DNA of 64,000 nt, from NCBI RefSeq assembly GCF_001194135.2, contig NC_068995.1, positions 22,040,241 to 22,104,240 of the forward strand. The letters are read 5' to 3'. This document shows, piece by piece, positions 13,959 to 25,790 of the stretch (the first letter of the stretch is position 1; each line of letters starts with the position of its first letter). The notes beneath the pieces are model-generated. The model saw only the letters and a list, made by a program, of their open reading frames with translations, had not been told where the DNA came from and did no database searches. The DNA is from Octopus bimaculoides (Eukaryota). The position numbers were made by a program, and so were the translations under genes.

Positions 13959-14948
13959 TATATGTGCGTATACACAATCGCAAGCGTACATGTGTGTGTG
14001 TGTGTGTATGTGTGTGTGTGTGTGTCTGTGTGTGTGTATCTGTGTGTAAATGTGGACAGACCAGGGCTGCTGCAAGGGAGACAATAATTATGAATTGTCT
14101 CCCTTGGTATGTAGATTTATTTCTTTATCCCCGAATCGCGTAGAGTCCCCTATATCTTCGTGTAATGTCATATCAGATGGAGACGAGCATCAACATAGTA
14201 CGTAGCAGGCTTGATAACTCTGGCCCACAAATTCTAACTTTTTTTCTTCTGACCAAAGTTTTAGACTTCTTTTTAGGTAACATGGGGTCACTGTGTTTAA
14301 AAATTGGCAATAGCTTTTTTTTTTCTATCACCTCGAGTCTTTTTTCTATGAACCGGCCCATATCGGACCCATTCGGAGCTCTATGCTTCAGAAATTTCTC
14401 GATGTGCTTTTCGTAGGGTGCGTTAGCAGTGATAGTCTCAGTGTCAGTTGAGCGTTCAGTGAGTAAGGTTGTGACGCACTGTCGGCTTAGTATATGTACA
14501 TGTGTAGAAATGTTTTTTTTCCTAATAACTGTGTGCTCTGACGTTCGGTCGGCTAAATCTGCGTTGTTATTCTATTATTACTATTAAAAAAATGTACAAA
14601 AGACATCATAGCTAAACATTTCTGTTGCATATTCATTACCTCCGCCTTAGCGGACAAGGATTCTGGATTATCATTCCTGTTTTTTTTTTTTTTTACTTAA
14701 TTTTTGAGAGCGGTCGTGTTCATTTTTAGTATGCTCGTTTCTGAGAGCAATCAAGTTTACTTCAGATATTCTCATTTTAAGAATCATCACTGGCTAATCG
14801 TTGAGAGGATGATGGTGTTGACTTGGCGGATGTTTGCGGTTCTCTGGGTGCTCTTTTTTATCTATGCATTTAGAAATCTATTTAGATTAGAAAAGTACAA
14901 TTTTTAAAATCTCACAACGAGAGATATTCAGTAACAGTACTTTGTAGT

Positions 14949-15312
14949 AAAGATTGTTTGCCAGCATGACATGTCTGTCCCGGTTTAGGACGAATTTTGC
15001 TGTAATTTAGCCCCAGGAGAATCGTCTCCAGCTGGCTATACGACACGATCTGTGTCCTTATATTTTCAAACAAGGGAATCCGGCACCCCTACTCAGCTCA
15101 AAACGATATCTGCGTATCGCGGCAAATAACTCGGAAATCGCGATACACAGATATTATTATGAGCTGAGCGGGGGTGCCGAATTCCATTGTTCGAAAATAT
15201 AAGGACACAGATCGCATCGTATAGCCAGCTGGAGACGATGTCTCCTGGGGCTAAATTACAACAACATTCGTTCTAAACCAGGACTTTCATGTTATGTTGG
15301 CAAACAATGTTT
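14949..15312. mobile_element. Fold-back palindromic MITE-like element (~360 bp)
   Basis: Arms 14953-15121 and 15139-15308 are reverse complements, roughly 85% identical by eye, with a 17-nt loop. Confidence 0.85.
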
Positions 15313-15382
15313 ATTTATTTAGATGCTTATTATTTTCTTTCTTTTCACAAGTATTTCATGAAATAACGCAGTGGTTCACCAG

Positions 15383-17314
15383 CATGAGGTAATTGAATAG
15401 GAAATGTAAATCCTTTGACATTTCTTGCTATATATGTGGGTAATTTATAGTATCAAGTCAAATAATGAACACTAGAGATTTGTGAAAACATCCTACTTGG
15501 CTTACATTAAGATTGAAGTTGATGATGAAGACAAATCTTGTGTCCCGTACAATGTATGTAAACCCCGCGCCGAAAATCTACGCCAAAGGACAAAGTTCAC
15601 AAGCAAACAATTGACATTTGGCATTCCTATGATATGGCAGGAGTCAAAGAACAATGTAAACGATTGTTACATTTGTTTCACAAAGAATTCTGGTAATAGC
15701 AAGATAACGTGACAGAAATTAAGTTACCCAAATCTGGATTAAGCAATTTGTCCAGTGCTCCTCTCAGGTGAAATTCCAGTACTTGCTTTCAAGGATCTAC
15801 TCTCGCTGCAAGATGAAAGTGATATATGTGAAGTAGATGAAAATCATGAACATGACAGTAATACAGACTTTGTAGAAACATTAAACAAAGAACATGAAAA
15901 CTTCAAACAAACAGAACTTAATGATTTAGTTTGAGATCTAGGGCTTAAAGAGCAGAATTCTTTTCAGAAAGAAACAAGCGTGATTTTTTATCAAAACAGA
16001 GAAAAAAGATTTCTTGGCATTTTTTATTTACTGTTGTGATGTGGCGGCACTGTTAAACACGATCGGTGTTGAACAGTGTGATCCTAGTGAATGGAGACTC
16101 TTTGCAGATTGTTCAAAGAAGAGTCTAAAATGTGTTTTGCTCCATAATGGAAACTTGCTTCATGTGCTTGCCATTGGTCACTCAATGTACTTAAAAGAGA
16201 ACTATGATCACACTCATATATGAACACAAATTTGTCTGAGATGTGGATCTGAAAACGGTCAAAATTTTACTTGGCCAACAAGGAGGGAATACAAAATATC
16301 CGTGTTTCTTGTGTTTATGGAATAGCTAAGCGAGAGAGAAGCATTAGCAGCAGAAACTCTGGCTTGTTAGGAAACGTTTGACTGTAGAATACGAAACGCT
16401 AACAACTTATTGGGCGAGAGAAAATCATCTTTTCACCCATTCATATTAAAATAGGAGTAACAAAAGATTTTGTCAAATATCTAAATGTGGAGGGTAACTG
16501 TATCAGTTTCATATATATATTTCCTGGCCAAGATTATGATAAAATAACGGCTAGTGTGTTTGATGTGCCAAAAATCAGAAAGTTAACGAAATGACAGAGT
16601 TTCTCAAGCTCGATGACTGACGAAAAAAGGAGCATGGGATTCATTTGTAGGTGTTGTGAGAGAATTTTGAGGGAGGTAAATGGCTGCAAGCTACAAGGAT
16701 TTGATGGATACATTACATGATAGCTTTCATCTTTTAAGGCTGTAACATGAGCATGAAGCTTCATTTCCTCAATAGCCATCTTGACGAAATTCCTGTCAAT
16801 CTCGGGGACGTGAGCAATGAGCATGGTAAGTGTTTTCATCAAGCAACCAAGATTATGGAGAAAAGGTATCAAGGGTGGGTGATGGAACACACTCATAATG
16901 GCAGACTAGTGTTAGAGTAGTGAAAGGGACTGTATAGACATGAGACATTCCAGATGCTCTCGCAAGCGAAACTTTCTTCCGTGGAAATGAAGGTGTGTGT
17001 ATGATGCTTTCTGTTTTTTTTTCCATCATATTAGAGAATTAACAGTATATATTTAGGAAAAAGTGATGCCTTCTTAAATTTCATTTATCATTTAATTTTC
17101 TATTGACGTTATAACTTATGGTTTGAAGATATAAGACTTAGTTAATTATCCTCACCAAGTAAATTATTTATATAGTACATCATAAAATAGGGATATGCTA
17201 TAAAATGAAAACCTTATGTGTTAGGGAAAAAAAAAAAAAAACAGATGCCATGTTTGAAATCAGCAAATCAAAATTAACTAAAAACCACCGCACAACCGAA
17301 GTCAGCAAAAAGTG
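15383..17314 (+). mobile_element. Decayed Chapaev3-like (CMC/Transib-related) DNA transposon; transposase pseudogene ~15383-16990
   Basis: Ordered motifs: SCYICG; CVPYNVC; FGIPMIWQESKNNVNDCYIC; EWRLFADCSKKSLKCVLLHNGN; VDLKTVKILLGQQGGNTKYPCFLCLW; PIHIKIG; HFLNSHLDEIPVNLGDVSNEHGKCFHQ; MAD*C. There are many stops and frameshifts, and the termini are not securely identified. Confidence 0.75.
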
Positions 17315-17948
17315 ATTTTAGGGTGGAATATTCTCTCAGAATGAAACCAATTCTCGCCTTGTTCACCCACAAATTAACAATATTTATCCACCAATACTGC
17401 GTTGAGTAGATATTCTCACTGTTTGATACTAGTATATNNNNNNNNNNNNNNNNNNNNNNNNNNNNNNNNNNNNNNNNNNNNNNNNNNNNNNNNNNNNNNN
17501 NNNNNNNNNNNNNNNNNNNNNNNNNNNNNNNNNNNNNNNNNNNNNNNNNNNNNNNNNNNNNNNNNNNNNNNNNNNNNNNNNNNNNNNNNNNNNNNNNNNN
17601 NNNNNNNNNNNNNNNNNNNNNNNNNNNNNNNNNNNNNNNNNNNNNNNNNNNNNNNNNNNNNNNNNNNNNNNNNNNNNNNNNNNNNNNNNNNNNNNNNNNN
17701 NNNNNNNNNNNNNNNNNNNNNNNNNNNNNNNNNNNNNNNNNNNNNNNNNNNNNNNNNNNNNNNNNNNNNNNNNNNNNNNNNNNNNNNNNNNNNNNNNNNN
17801 NNNNNNNNNNNNNNNNNNNNNNNNNNNNNNNNNNNNNNNNNNNNNNNNNNNNNNNNNNNNNNNNNNNNNNNNNNNNNNNNNNNNNNNNNNNNNNNNNNNN
17901 NNNNNNNNNNNNNNNNNNNNNNNNNNNNNNNNNNNNNNNNNNNNNNNN

Positions 17949-18004
<56 letters not shown>

Positions 18005-18114
18005 TGTTTGTGTGTGTGTGTGTGTGTATTATATATACATGTATGCGTGTGTCTTATGTATACATGTGTGTCTTATTTTGGTTAGACACAAGAGCACAGA
18101 GAAGAATATTGCAT

Positions 18115-18250
18115 GTAGGGGAGATGTATTTAACAAATAACTTGTTAGCTACTATATTGTTATTTAAAGTTTTGGCCCAGTACGGTCTTCCATTTACATT
18201 AAACGCAATGCTGGTAAACTCCGGATAGCTTCCAATTTCTCTTCTTTTTT
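18115..18250 (-). mobile_element. Possible hAT (Buster/Charlie-type) BED-finger remnant
   Basis: The minus strand reads YPEFTSIAFNVNGRPYWAKTLNNNIVANKL, loosely resembling YLxFGFTSIxxNGxERPxCxxCxKxLSNxxMxPxKL. Confidence 0.3.
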
Positions 18251-19505
18251 TATCTTTTTATAACTTAAAATTCACGAAACTTCTCTTATCGAAACTGATT
18301 CACACCGCTTACACAACAGTTATTTAGCTTCTTTATAAATTAGAAATAACACACCAAATATAATCTGCTGGAACTATCAGCAAACTGTAAACACGTCTAG
18401 ATTTGTTGAACTGAATCTTTGTTAAAACGATTTCAATTCTTTTTGATGGCGATGCTTCTCTTGTTGGAAAATTCTTCAACGTTCCACGTTCATCAATTGT
18501 AAAGTTTACCAGTAAATACAACATATTGAAATTAAATAAATTGTACTTCAGAAGTTACTGCTTCTGAAAGCTACGAAGTGACTGTGAAATATTGTCTAAT
18601 GATTTGCAACAGTAAATTAGTTATAAAAATACTATGTATATAAAATATATAGTAAACACAAGTTATGTTACCATAATTCAACGGTTTCTCATTTGAAATG
18701 TTTGAAGTCAAACGTTTTTTCTTAACATTAGCAAAAAAAAAACAAAAAAGAAACAGAGTAGAAACACCAAAAAAATGTACATTAACACATGTATTTAAAT
18801 ATTTTATACGCTAAACACTAATCAATATTATACTATACTATAAACGTAGCGATTTATTTTCTTTCTCATAGTCGTTACCGTAATTTGCTGAATTTCTGAT
18901 AATGTCAGTATACTTGAATGATCAACGCTACTAAATGGTATGAGAACAGTCAGAGTACATCAAAGTAGTCACATCAATAATATTATTTATAAAAAGTAAA
19001 AGCAAGTTCAATTCATTAAAACCTATGCAGAAGACACAAGTTGTTGTAATAGTCTCTCATTTTGTTAAAACAACAAGGAATTTTGAATGACTGACATGGG
19101 GGACAAAACAAGATTTGTCTCGCTTTTTCCTGGAAAATATCTTTTAAAATTTGCATGTAATTTTTTTGTGTTCATTATTAGATAATAAATATTTAATTGA
19201 GTCATTTTTGACCTCTTATTTACTTGTAGCTTCTCACTAATGGAGCATCAAATTTGATGTATTAATATCCATGTCTCAGCTTTCACATATTTCTCGAAGC
19301 ATTAATTCATGTAAGTCTCATCGAGAAAGTATTGCTGCTGTTAAAATATGAAGTTCAAACACATTTCACCAAAATGAATAAGTGATGTTGTGAGTACTTT
19401 AAGCACGGAAAATAATGGTGTATTTTTTTAGATTAAAAAAATCACTTAGACAATAAAACAGTTACCTAAAAGTCAAAAGTCTTACACATGCGCACGCTAA
19501 AACAC

Positions 19506-19551
<46 letters not shown>

Positions 19552-20229
19552 ACATATATATACATATGTGTATGCATGTTTGTATGCATGTATGTATGTA
19601 TTTATGTATGTATGTATGTATGCATGTATGCATGTACATATGTGGTGGGGAGCGCCTCGTTGCCTATCTTTGTCTTCTGAAAAACTATGACTATTTCTCA
19701 ACTAATATGTACCCAAACTTCATCCCAACACTAAAATACCCTCCAAATAATTCATGAAAAAATGGCTTATACAAGGTCCCTCAGGTTTAAAAGAGATGAT
19801 TAAAAATTTGATGAAAGGCTAATAACCGTAATGGGTGTCCAAGATATATTCTTCAGTCCCTCTCGCACTTAATGAACACAGTAACACCATATTGCGTAAA
19901 CACAACAACACAGTTTATAAATAACTTCTGTTAGAAAACATTGCATCAAGTGTACAGACAGAACTAATTCCAAAATAAAACTCCTTCAGAAAAGCCAAAT
20001 ATTTGCAAACACTTAATGCGGTTTCCAGGAGCATTAAAACAGTATATTACTGAGTAATTACCTCCAATTTAAATGTTTCTATAATTATAAAGCGTTCAGG
20101 TATGATAAACTAGGAATTTGGTTGTTGAGATATCTACAAAGACATCTGCTGTGAGTTTTAGAAAGTGAGAGAGAGAAGTAGAGAGAGAGAGAAGTAAAGA
20201 GAGAGAGAAGTAGAGAGAGAGAGAGAAAA

Positions 20230-20326
20230 TATAGTAGAAGACACTTGCCAAAGGTTCCACGCAGTGCGACTGATCCCGGAACCAAGTCGCTGAGGAGCTA
20301 GCTTCTTACCACACAAACACGCCTGT
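20230..20326 (-). mobile_element. SINE 5' head fragment
   Basis: The reverse complement matches the head of the SINE at 54302 (GTGTGGTAAGAAGCT..GGTTCCGGG..CAGTCGCACTGCGTGG..TTGGCAAGTGTCTTCTACTAT). Confidence 0.8.
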
Positions 20327-20967
20327 TAAAAATTCACACTTTTTTACACAGCCAAAGGGAAAAACAATTTTATATTGGAAATGCTACACTGATGATGATG
20401 AGAAGTAATTAAACACTTTAATCTCGAAACGCGTCTGTGGCTAATCGGAGTCGTGTTGATTCATTATTTTTCTCTTTCCCTACGTAAAAAAGTGTTTCTG
20501 TCTGAGAGATTCTTATAGTAGTAGAAAAGGATTTTTTAACTCCTATTTCTAAATTCAGTATGTGGTGACGCAATTAGCTGACCCCTAATAATAATTATGT
20601 TTATAATTATAGAATACTTGTATAATTTTACCTATAAAGGTTATCTTAACATACCGATCTACATGGTAAAATTATTACTTAATTGATAAAATTAATTAAT
20701 TTCACCCTTTCATTTTTAATTTGAAATTATATATGTGTATATATATNNNNNNNNNNNNNNNNNNNNNNNNNNNNNNNNNNNNNNNNNNNNNNNNNNNNNN
20801 NNNNNNNNNNNNNNNNNNNNNNNNNNNNNNNNNNNNNNNNNNNNNNNNNNNNNNNNNNNNNNNNNNNNNNNNNNNNNNNNNNNNNNNNNNNNNNNNNNNN
20901 NNNNNNNNNNNNNNNNNNNNNNNNNNNNNNNNNNNNNNNNNNNNNNNNNNNNNNNNNTATATATATA

Positions 20968-21137
20968 TATATGGGAGAATACACGAAAAAACAACAGACG
21001 AAGACAGGTGGTGTAAACAACAAATGGATGTATTAGTATAACGCCCGGGAATAGAGAAAGTCTTTAACGTTTCGAGTCTACGCTCTTCAACAGAAAGGAA
21101 CACAGAAAGAAAATGAGAGAAACAAGAAGAGAAAAAT
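20968..21137 (-). mobile_element. Short PLE-terminus-like repeat with hammerhead-like motif (copy A)
   Basis: Roughly 85% identical to 23158-23322 in the opposite orientation. It contains TTT-CTGTTGA-A-GAG-cgtaga-CTC-GAAAC-GTT-AAAG and ends in (AT)n. Confidence 0.7.
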
Positions 21138-21473
21138 ATATATGTGTAGTGGTCGTGTGTGCGTATGTGTGTATGTATATGTATATATATGACAATAGAT
21201 AAACGTCCCTCAGTCACAGTGATTTTTCTGAGCACAGTGAGGTTACAAGACAAGGAATAAACCTCTATAAATATATAAACTTTTGTTTGCACATATTCCA
21301 AGCTTGTGGCTGCAGTGTGATATTGCTTCTCATGCTATTTAGTTTTTCGTGAGAAAAATCTTGTGAGGGAGGCCAAGATCAGCCACGTGAAAGTCCGTCG
21401 GAAGGCTGATCAGTGAAACTATCTGCTGCACATTTTGACAGCAAAGAATTTATGAGTCAATAAAAATAATCTT

Positions 21474-21690
21474 AAGGTGGCGATCTGGCAGAAAAGTTAG
21501 CACGCCGGCCGAAATGCTTAGCGGTATGTCGTCTGTCTTTACGTTCTGAGTTCAAATTCCGCCGAGCTCAACTTTGCCTTTCATCCTTTCGGGGTCGACA
21601 AATTAAGTACCAGCTGCATAGTTGGTAGATCTAATCGACTGGCCCCCTCCCCCAAAACGTCGGGCACTGTGCATAGAGTAGAAAATAATA
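21474..21690 (+). mobile_element. tRNA-derived SINE (second family)
   Basis: GGTGGCGATCTGGCAGAAAAGTTAGCACGCC..GAGTTCAAATTCCGCC..CTTTGCCTTTCATCCTTTCGGGGTCGA..AAATTAAGTACCAG; the same body occurs at 50892. Confidence 0.85.
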
Positions 21691-21694
21691 ATCA

Positions 21695-21839
21695 TCTTTC
21701 TTGCATCCTATCTCATACAATTCCTCTCCGTTGTGATTCTCAATTCCAGTATCGAACAACCTTTTAGGCAACAGTCTGTGCATTTTGGCAAGCGCACCAA
21801 TTTCTACAGGAATAATTCTCATCTTAGATAACCTTAAAA
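21695..21839 (-). mobile_element. Diverged REL retrotransposon C-terminal fragment
   Basis: ORF 21631..21822(-) starts MRIIPVEIGALAK (resembling IIPVVIGALG of REL elements). It runs into an N-gap. Confidence 0.45.
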
Positions 21840-22622
21840 NNNNNNNNNNNNNNNNNNNNNNNNNNNNNNNNNNNNNNNNNNNNNNNNNNNNNNNNNNNNN
21901 NNNNNNNNNNNNNNNNNNNNNNNNNNNNNNNNNNNNNNNNNNNNNNNNNNNNNNNNNNNNNNNNNNNNNNNNNNNNNNNNNNNNNNNNNNNNNNNNNNNN
22001 NNNNNNNNNNNNNNNNNNNNNNNNNNNNNNNNNNNNNNNNNNNNNNNNNNNNNNNNNNNNNNNNNNNNNNNNNNNNNNNNNNNNNNNNNNNNNNNNNNNN
22101 NNNNNNNNNNNNNNNNNNNNNNNNNNNNNNNNNNNNNNNNNNNNNNNNNNNNNNNNNNNNNNNNNNNNNNNNNNNNNNNNNNNNNNNNNNNNNNNNNNNN
22201 NNNNNNNNNNNNNNNNNNNNNNNNNNNNNNNNNNNNNNNNNNNNNNNNNNNNNNNNNNNNNNNNNNNNNNNNNNNNNNNNNNNNNNNNNNNNNNNNNNNN
22301 NNNNNNNNNNNNNNNNNNNNNNNNNNNNNNNNNNNNNNNNNNNNNNNNNNNNNNNNNNNNNNNNNNNNNNNNNNNNNNNNNNNNNNNNNNNNNNNNNNNN
22401 NNNNNNNNNNNNNNNNNNNNNNNNNNNNNNNNNNNNNNNNNNNNNNNNNNNNNNNNNNNNNNCTAAGTAACGATGAAAATATGAAAAACGCAATACTGGG
22501 TTACATTGGAGATGCTGGATCTAACACAGTTAAGAACCAATAAAGAAATTGATATTTGCCTGAGTTTAGCAATTTATATACAAACAGACTCATATATACA
22601 AACATATATACAAATATATATA

Positions 22623-22660
<38 letters not shown>

Positions 22661-23157
22661 TGTAAGTGTATGTTTACAGTTTACAGGTGTACGTTTACAG
22701 TTACGCCCTTATAGGTAGGATCAACAAAACTTTGCTCCCTCCAATGAGAGATAAATAACATTTAATGCACTCAGTGTACAAAAGAGCAACTAATATATTC
22801 ATGCGTTGGAGATACAATGTGCTGACAATTTTATATAACATACCATTTATCTCCAAGCATTCTTTCAGGTTCAGTGCATATCTTTAGATGTATTTAATAA
22901 CCAGGACGAGGGTCTGTAAGAAACCATGACAAAAACACGAAATTAAAAAAAAGTAAGCCAAGATCTTCGTCCTCTTTGTGTGTGGAAATCATGATTAATG
23001 AACGTGGGAGGCCAAGGTCAGTGAGACAGCTCCTCATTCCTGAGAAATTAGCTTCTAAACATATACACTAAAAAATTATAACCGATAATTTTCATATATG
23101 CGGTGCATCAGCATGGCCGCAGCTCTGAGCTGAAACCGTTGACTGAACACTATTCAA

Positions 23158-23322
23158 TTTTTTTTCTCCGTGTTTTTCTCCTTGTCTCCGTATTCTTTCT
23201 GTTGAAGAGCGTAGCTCGAAACGTCAAAGACTTTCCGTATTCCCGAGCGTCATACTAATATATACTTTTGTTATTTACAGCACCTGTCCTCGTCTGTTGT
23301 TATTTTTTGTATATTCTCCCAT
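23158..23322 (+). mobile_element. Short PLE-terminus-like repeat with hammerhead-like motif (copy B)
   Basis: Contains TCTTT-CTGTTGA-A-GAG-cgtag-CTC-GAAAC-GTC-AAAGA at 23194-23230 and is homologous to 20968-21137. Confidence 0.7.
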
Positions 23323-23613
23323 NNNNNNNNNNNNNNNNNNNNNNNNNNNNNNNNNNNNNNNNNNNNNNNNNNNNNNNNNNNNNNNNNNNNNNNNNNNNNN
23401 NNNNNNNNNNNNNNNNNNNNNNNNNNNNNNNNNNNNNNNNNNNNNNNNNNNNNNNNNNNNNNNNNNNNNNNNNNNNNNNNNNNNNNNNNNNNNNNNNNNN
23501 NNNNNNNNNNNNNNNNNNNNNNNNNNNNNNNNNNNNNNNNNNNNNNNNNNNNNNNNNNNNNNNNNNNNNNNNNNNNNNNNNNNNNNNNNNNNNNNNNNNN
23601 NNNNNNNNNNNNN

Positions 23614-23650
<37 letters not shown>

Positions 23651-23705
23651 GTGTGTGTTTTCGTGTATGTATGTGTGTATGTATGAGTGTGTGTGTGTGT
23701 GTGTG

Positions 23706-24089
23706 TGTGGTAAGAAATTTGCTTTCCAACCACATGGTTCCGGGTTCACACTCAGTGCGTGGCACCATAGGCATGTGTCTTATACTATAGCTTCGGGCCG
23801 ACCAGAACCTTTAACGTTGATTTGTTGGACGGAAACTGAAATGATGCACGTCGTGTATATGTGTGTCTGTCTGTTTGTCTGTGTCATTGTGTCTTTAATT
23901 TTGTGTTTCTCCCCCGATCACAGGTGTTGGTATTTTTACGCTCCCGTAATTTAGTGGTTGGGTAAAAATCTACGACAGAAAATGTACTACGCTATAAAAA
24001 GTCCGGGAGTCAATCTTTTCGACGAAGACCCTTCAAGGCGGTCCAGCATATCTGCAATCAAATGGCTGAAAGAGACAAAAGAATAAAAC
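23706..24089 (+). mobile_element. Near full-length SINE with internal (TG)n
   Basis: Head GTGGTAAGAAATTTGCTTTCCAACCACATGGTTCCGGGTTCA; tail CCCTTCAAGGCGGT..AAATGGCTGAAA..AAAAGAATAAAA. Confidence 0.85.
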
Positions 24090-24171
24090 GATTAAACAAA
24101 GTGTACATATGTCCTCAACCGCCTGGACTACTGCTCTCAACTGTGATCACTACAACGTCAGATTAATAGCG

Positions 24172-24667
24172 GAATTTGAAACGGTTCAGCGATGTTACAC
24201 ATGGAAAGGAGCTACTGGTAAAGACTGAAAGAGCTACAACTCTACTCCCTGGAGTGAAGACGGGAGAGGTGTACAGTAATGTGTATATGGAAGACACTGG
24301 AGACGCTGGCACCAAACTGTGGAATCGAGGGCTGTACCAGACACCGAAATTGACGTCATTGTGTTGTCCCAGCTATCTCGTCTAGACTGAGGACCACGTA
24401 CTGCAATAGCTTGGAATTCAAGAGCCCACTGCTATTTAACGCCTTCCCAAAACATTAGGGATCTTCATGGAGTGGGGGTTGACCTCCAGCTATCCAAAGT
24501 CTCAGATGAACCAATATCAAGGTAAGATACCCAAAAGAGCTCCCTCCTTCACCAAAATCAAATCACATCGGATTGGCCCTTGAAAAGGTGATTAGACAGG
24601 CGGCACCTCGGCATGGCCCCTACCTTAGGGATGAACCATATAAAAGTATAAAAAGAAAAAGAATGAA
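24172..24667 (+). mobile_element. CR1/L2-type LINE 3' end
   Basis: SYW*RLKELQLYSLE*RRERCTVMCIWKTLETLAPN..CNSLEFKSPLLFNAFPKH (resembling LYSLERRRERY..WKILEGLVPN..PRLFNxLP), followed by a short GAAT tail. Confidence 0.8.
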
Positions 24668-24861
24668 TATATGTGAGTGCATGTGTGTGTCTATGTATAT
24701 ATGCATATATNNNNNNNNNNNNNNNNNNNNNNNNNNNNNNNNNNNNNNNNNNNNNNNNNNNNNNNNNNNNNNNNNNNNNNNNNNNNNNNNNNNNNNNNNN
24801 NNNNNNNNNNNNNNNNNNNNNNNNNNNNNNNNNNNNNNNNNNNNNNNNNNNNNNNNNNNNN

Positions 24862-25707
24862 GGGTGGACCAAAACAAAGGAAACCAACATTTTAAACAAT
24901 TTTATCAAAGTAAAGTATTATATTTCGGGTTCGAGCACTGCAATGCAATGGCAAAGGAAACACAATTATGACACTACCACATTTATTCGATATGACGTCA
25001 TCTGTTTCAAATCATACCTTTCACTCTAGGTGTGAATGCTTCACACGCGGTACTCAGCTATCCTTGCCGTCGTGGTTTTGCCTTCAGGGCGTCGAGCGAA
25101 GCATGATGATTTTTCGAGACTTTCGTTTCCAAAATGGACCAATTAGAAAAGTCCAACGGGTTGAGATCGAGGCTTCTTGAGGGTGATACATCCTTGCCTA
25201 TGGACCACGGAATATTTTTCTGAATCCAGTATTGTGTCTATTTGGAGCTATGGGTTGGTGCCGAGTCATGTTGGAGGTTTCCATTTTAATACCCTAGGGC
25301 ACAAAAAAAGGGGACACCTTCCACTGGCTATCACAGCCGACAACATCATATCTGAGTGTGTGTTTTGAAATCGATTTACGGCGTATTCTACCCACGACGA
25401 AGCCAGATACACTCCAAAGTCGTTCATTCTGGTGGTTCACTGTTTGTTCGATGTTAACTGTCTTTTCAACAGGTTGGGCAACGTGCCTTTAGCAGTCTGA
25501 CGCAAGATCAGACGGCTACCTTCTCTCCATTTTCATGATCTTATAATCTTGCTTGAGCTATTGATGGCAGTTCATCTTGTCAGGATGGGTCTTGAGATCC
25601 TTCTTCAACACTCGATACATCGAGTTTTCTAGCAGCCAGTTTTCTGAGGGAAAGATAGGGATTTCGTCGTATCTTCTCTCTGGCACTTTCGATAAATTGA
25701 GTTCGCA
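24862..25707 (-). mobile_element. Decayed Tc1/mariner DD37D (maT) transposon
   Basis: QHDSAPTH..SRSLDLNPLDFSNW has exactly 37 codons between the Asp codons at 25265-67 and 25151-53. The N-terminal part is REKIRRNPYLSLRKLA. The TIR-like end TTTTGGTCCACCC runs into the gap. The 5' side is cut by (CA)n. Confidence 0.85.
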
Positions 25708-25737
25708 CACACACACACGCACGCATGCATACACACA

Positions 25738-25790
<53 letters not shown>

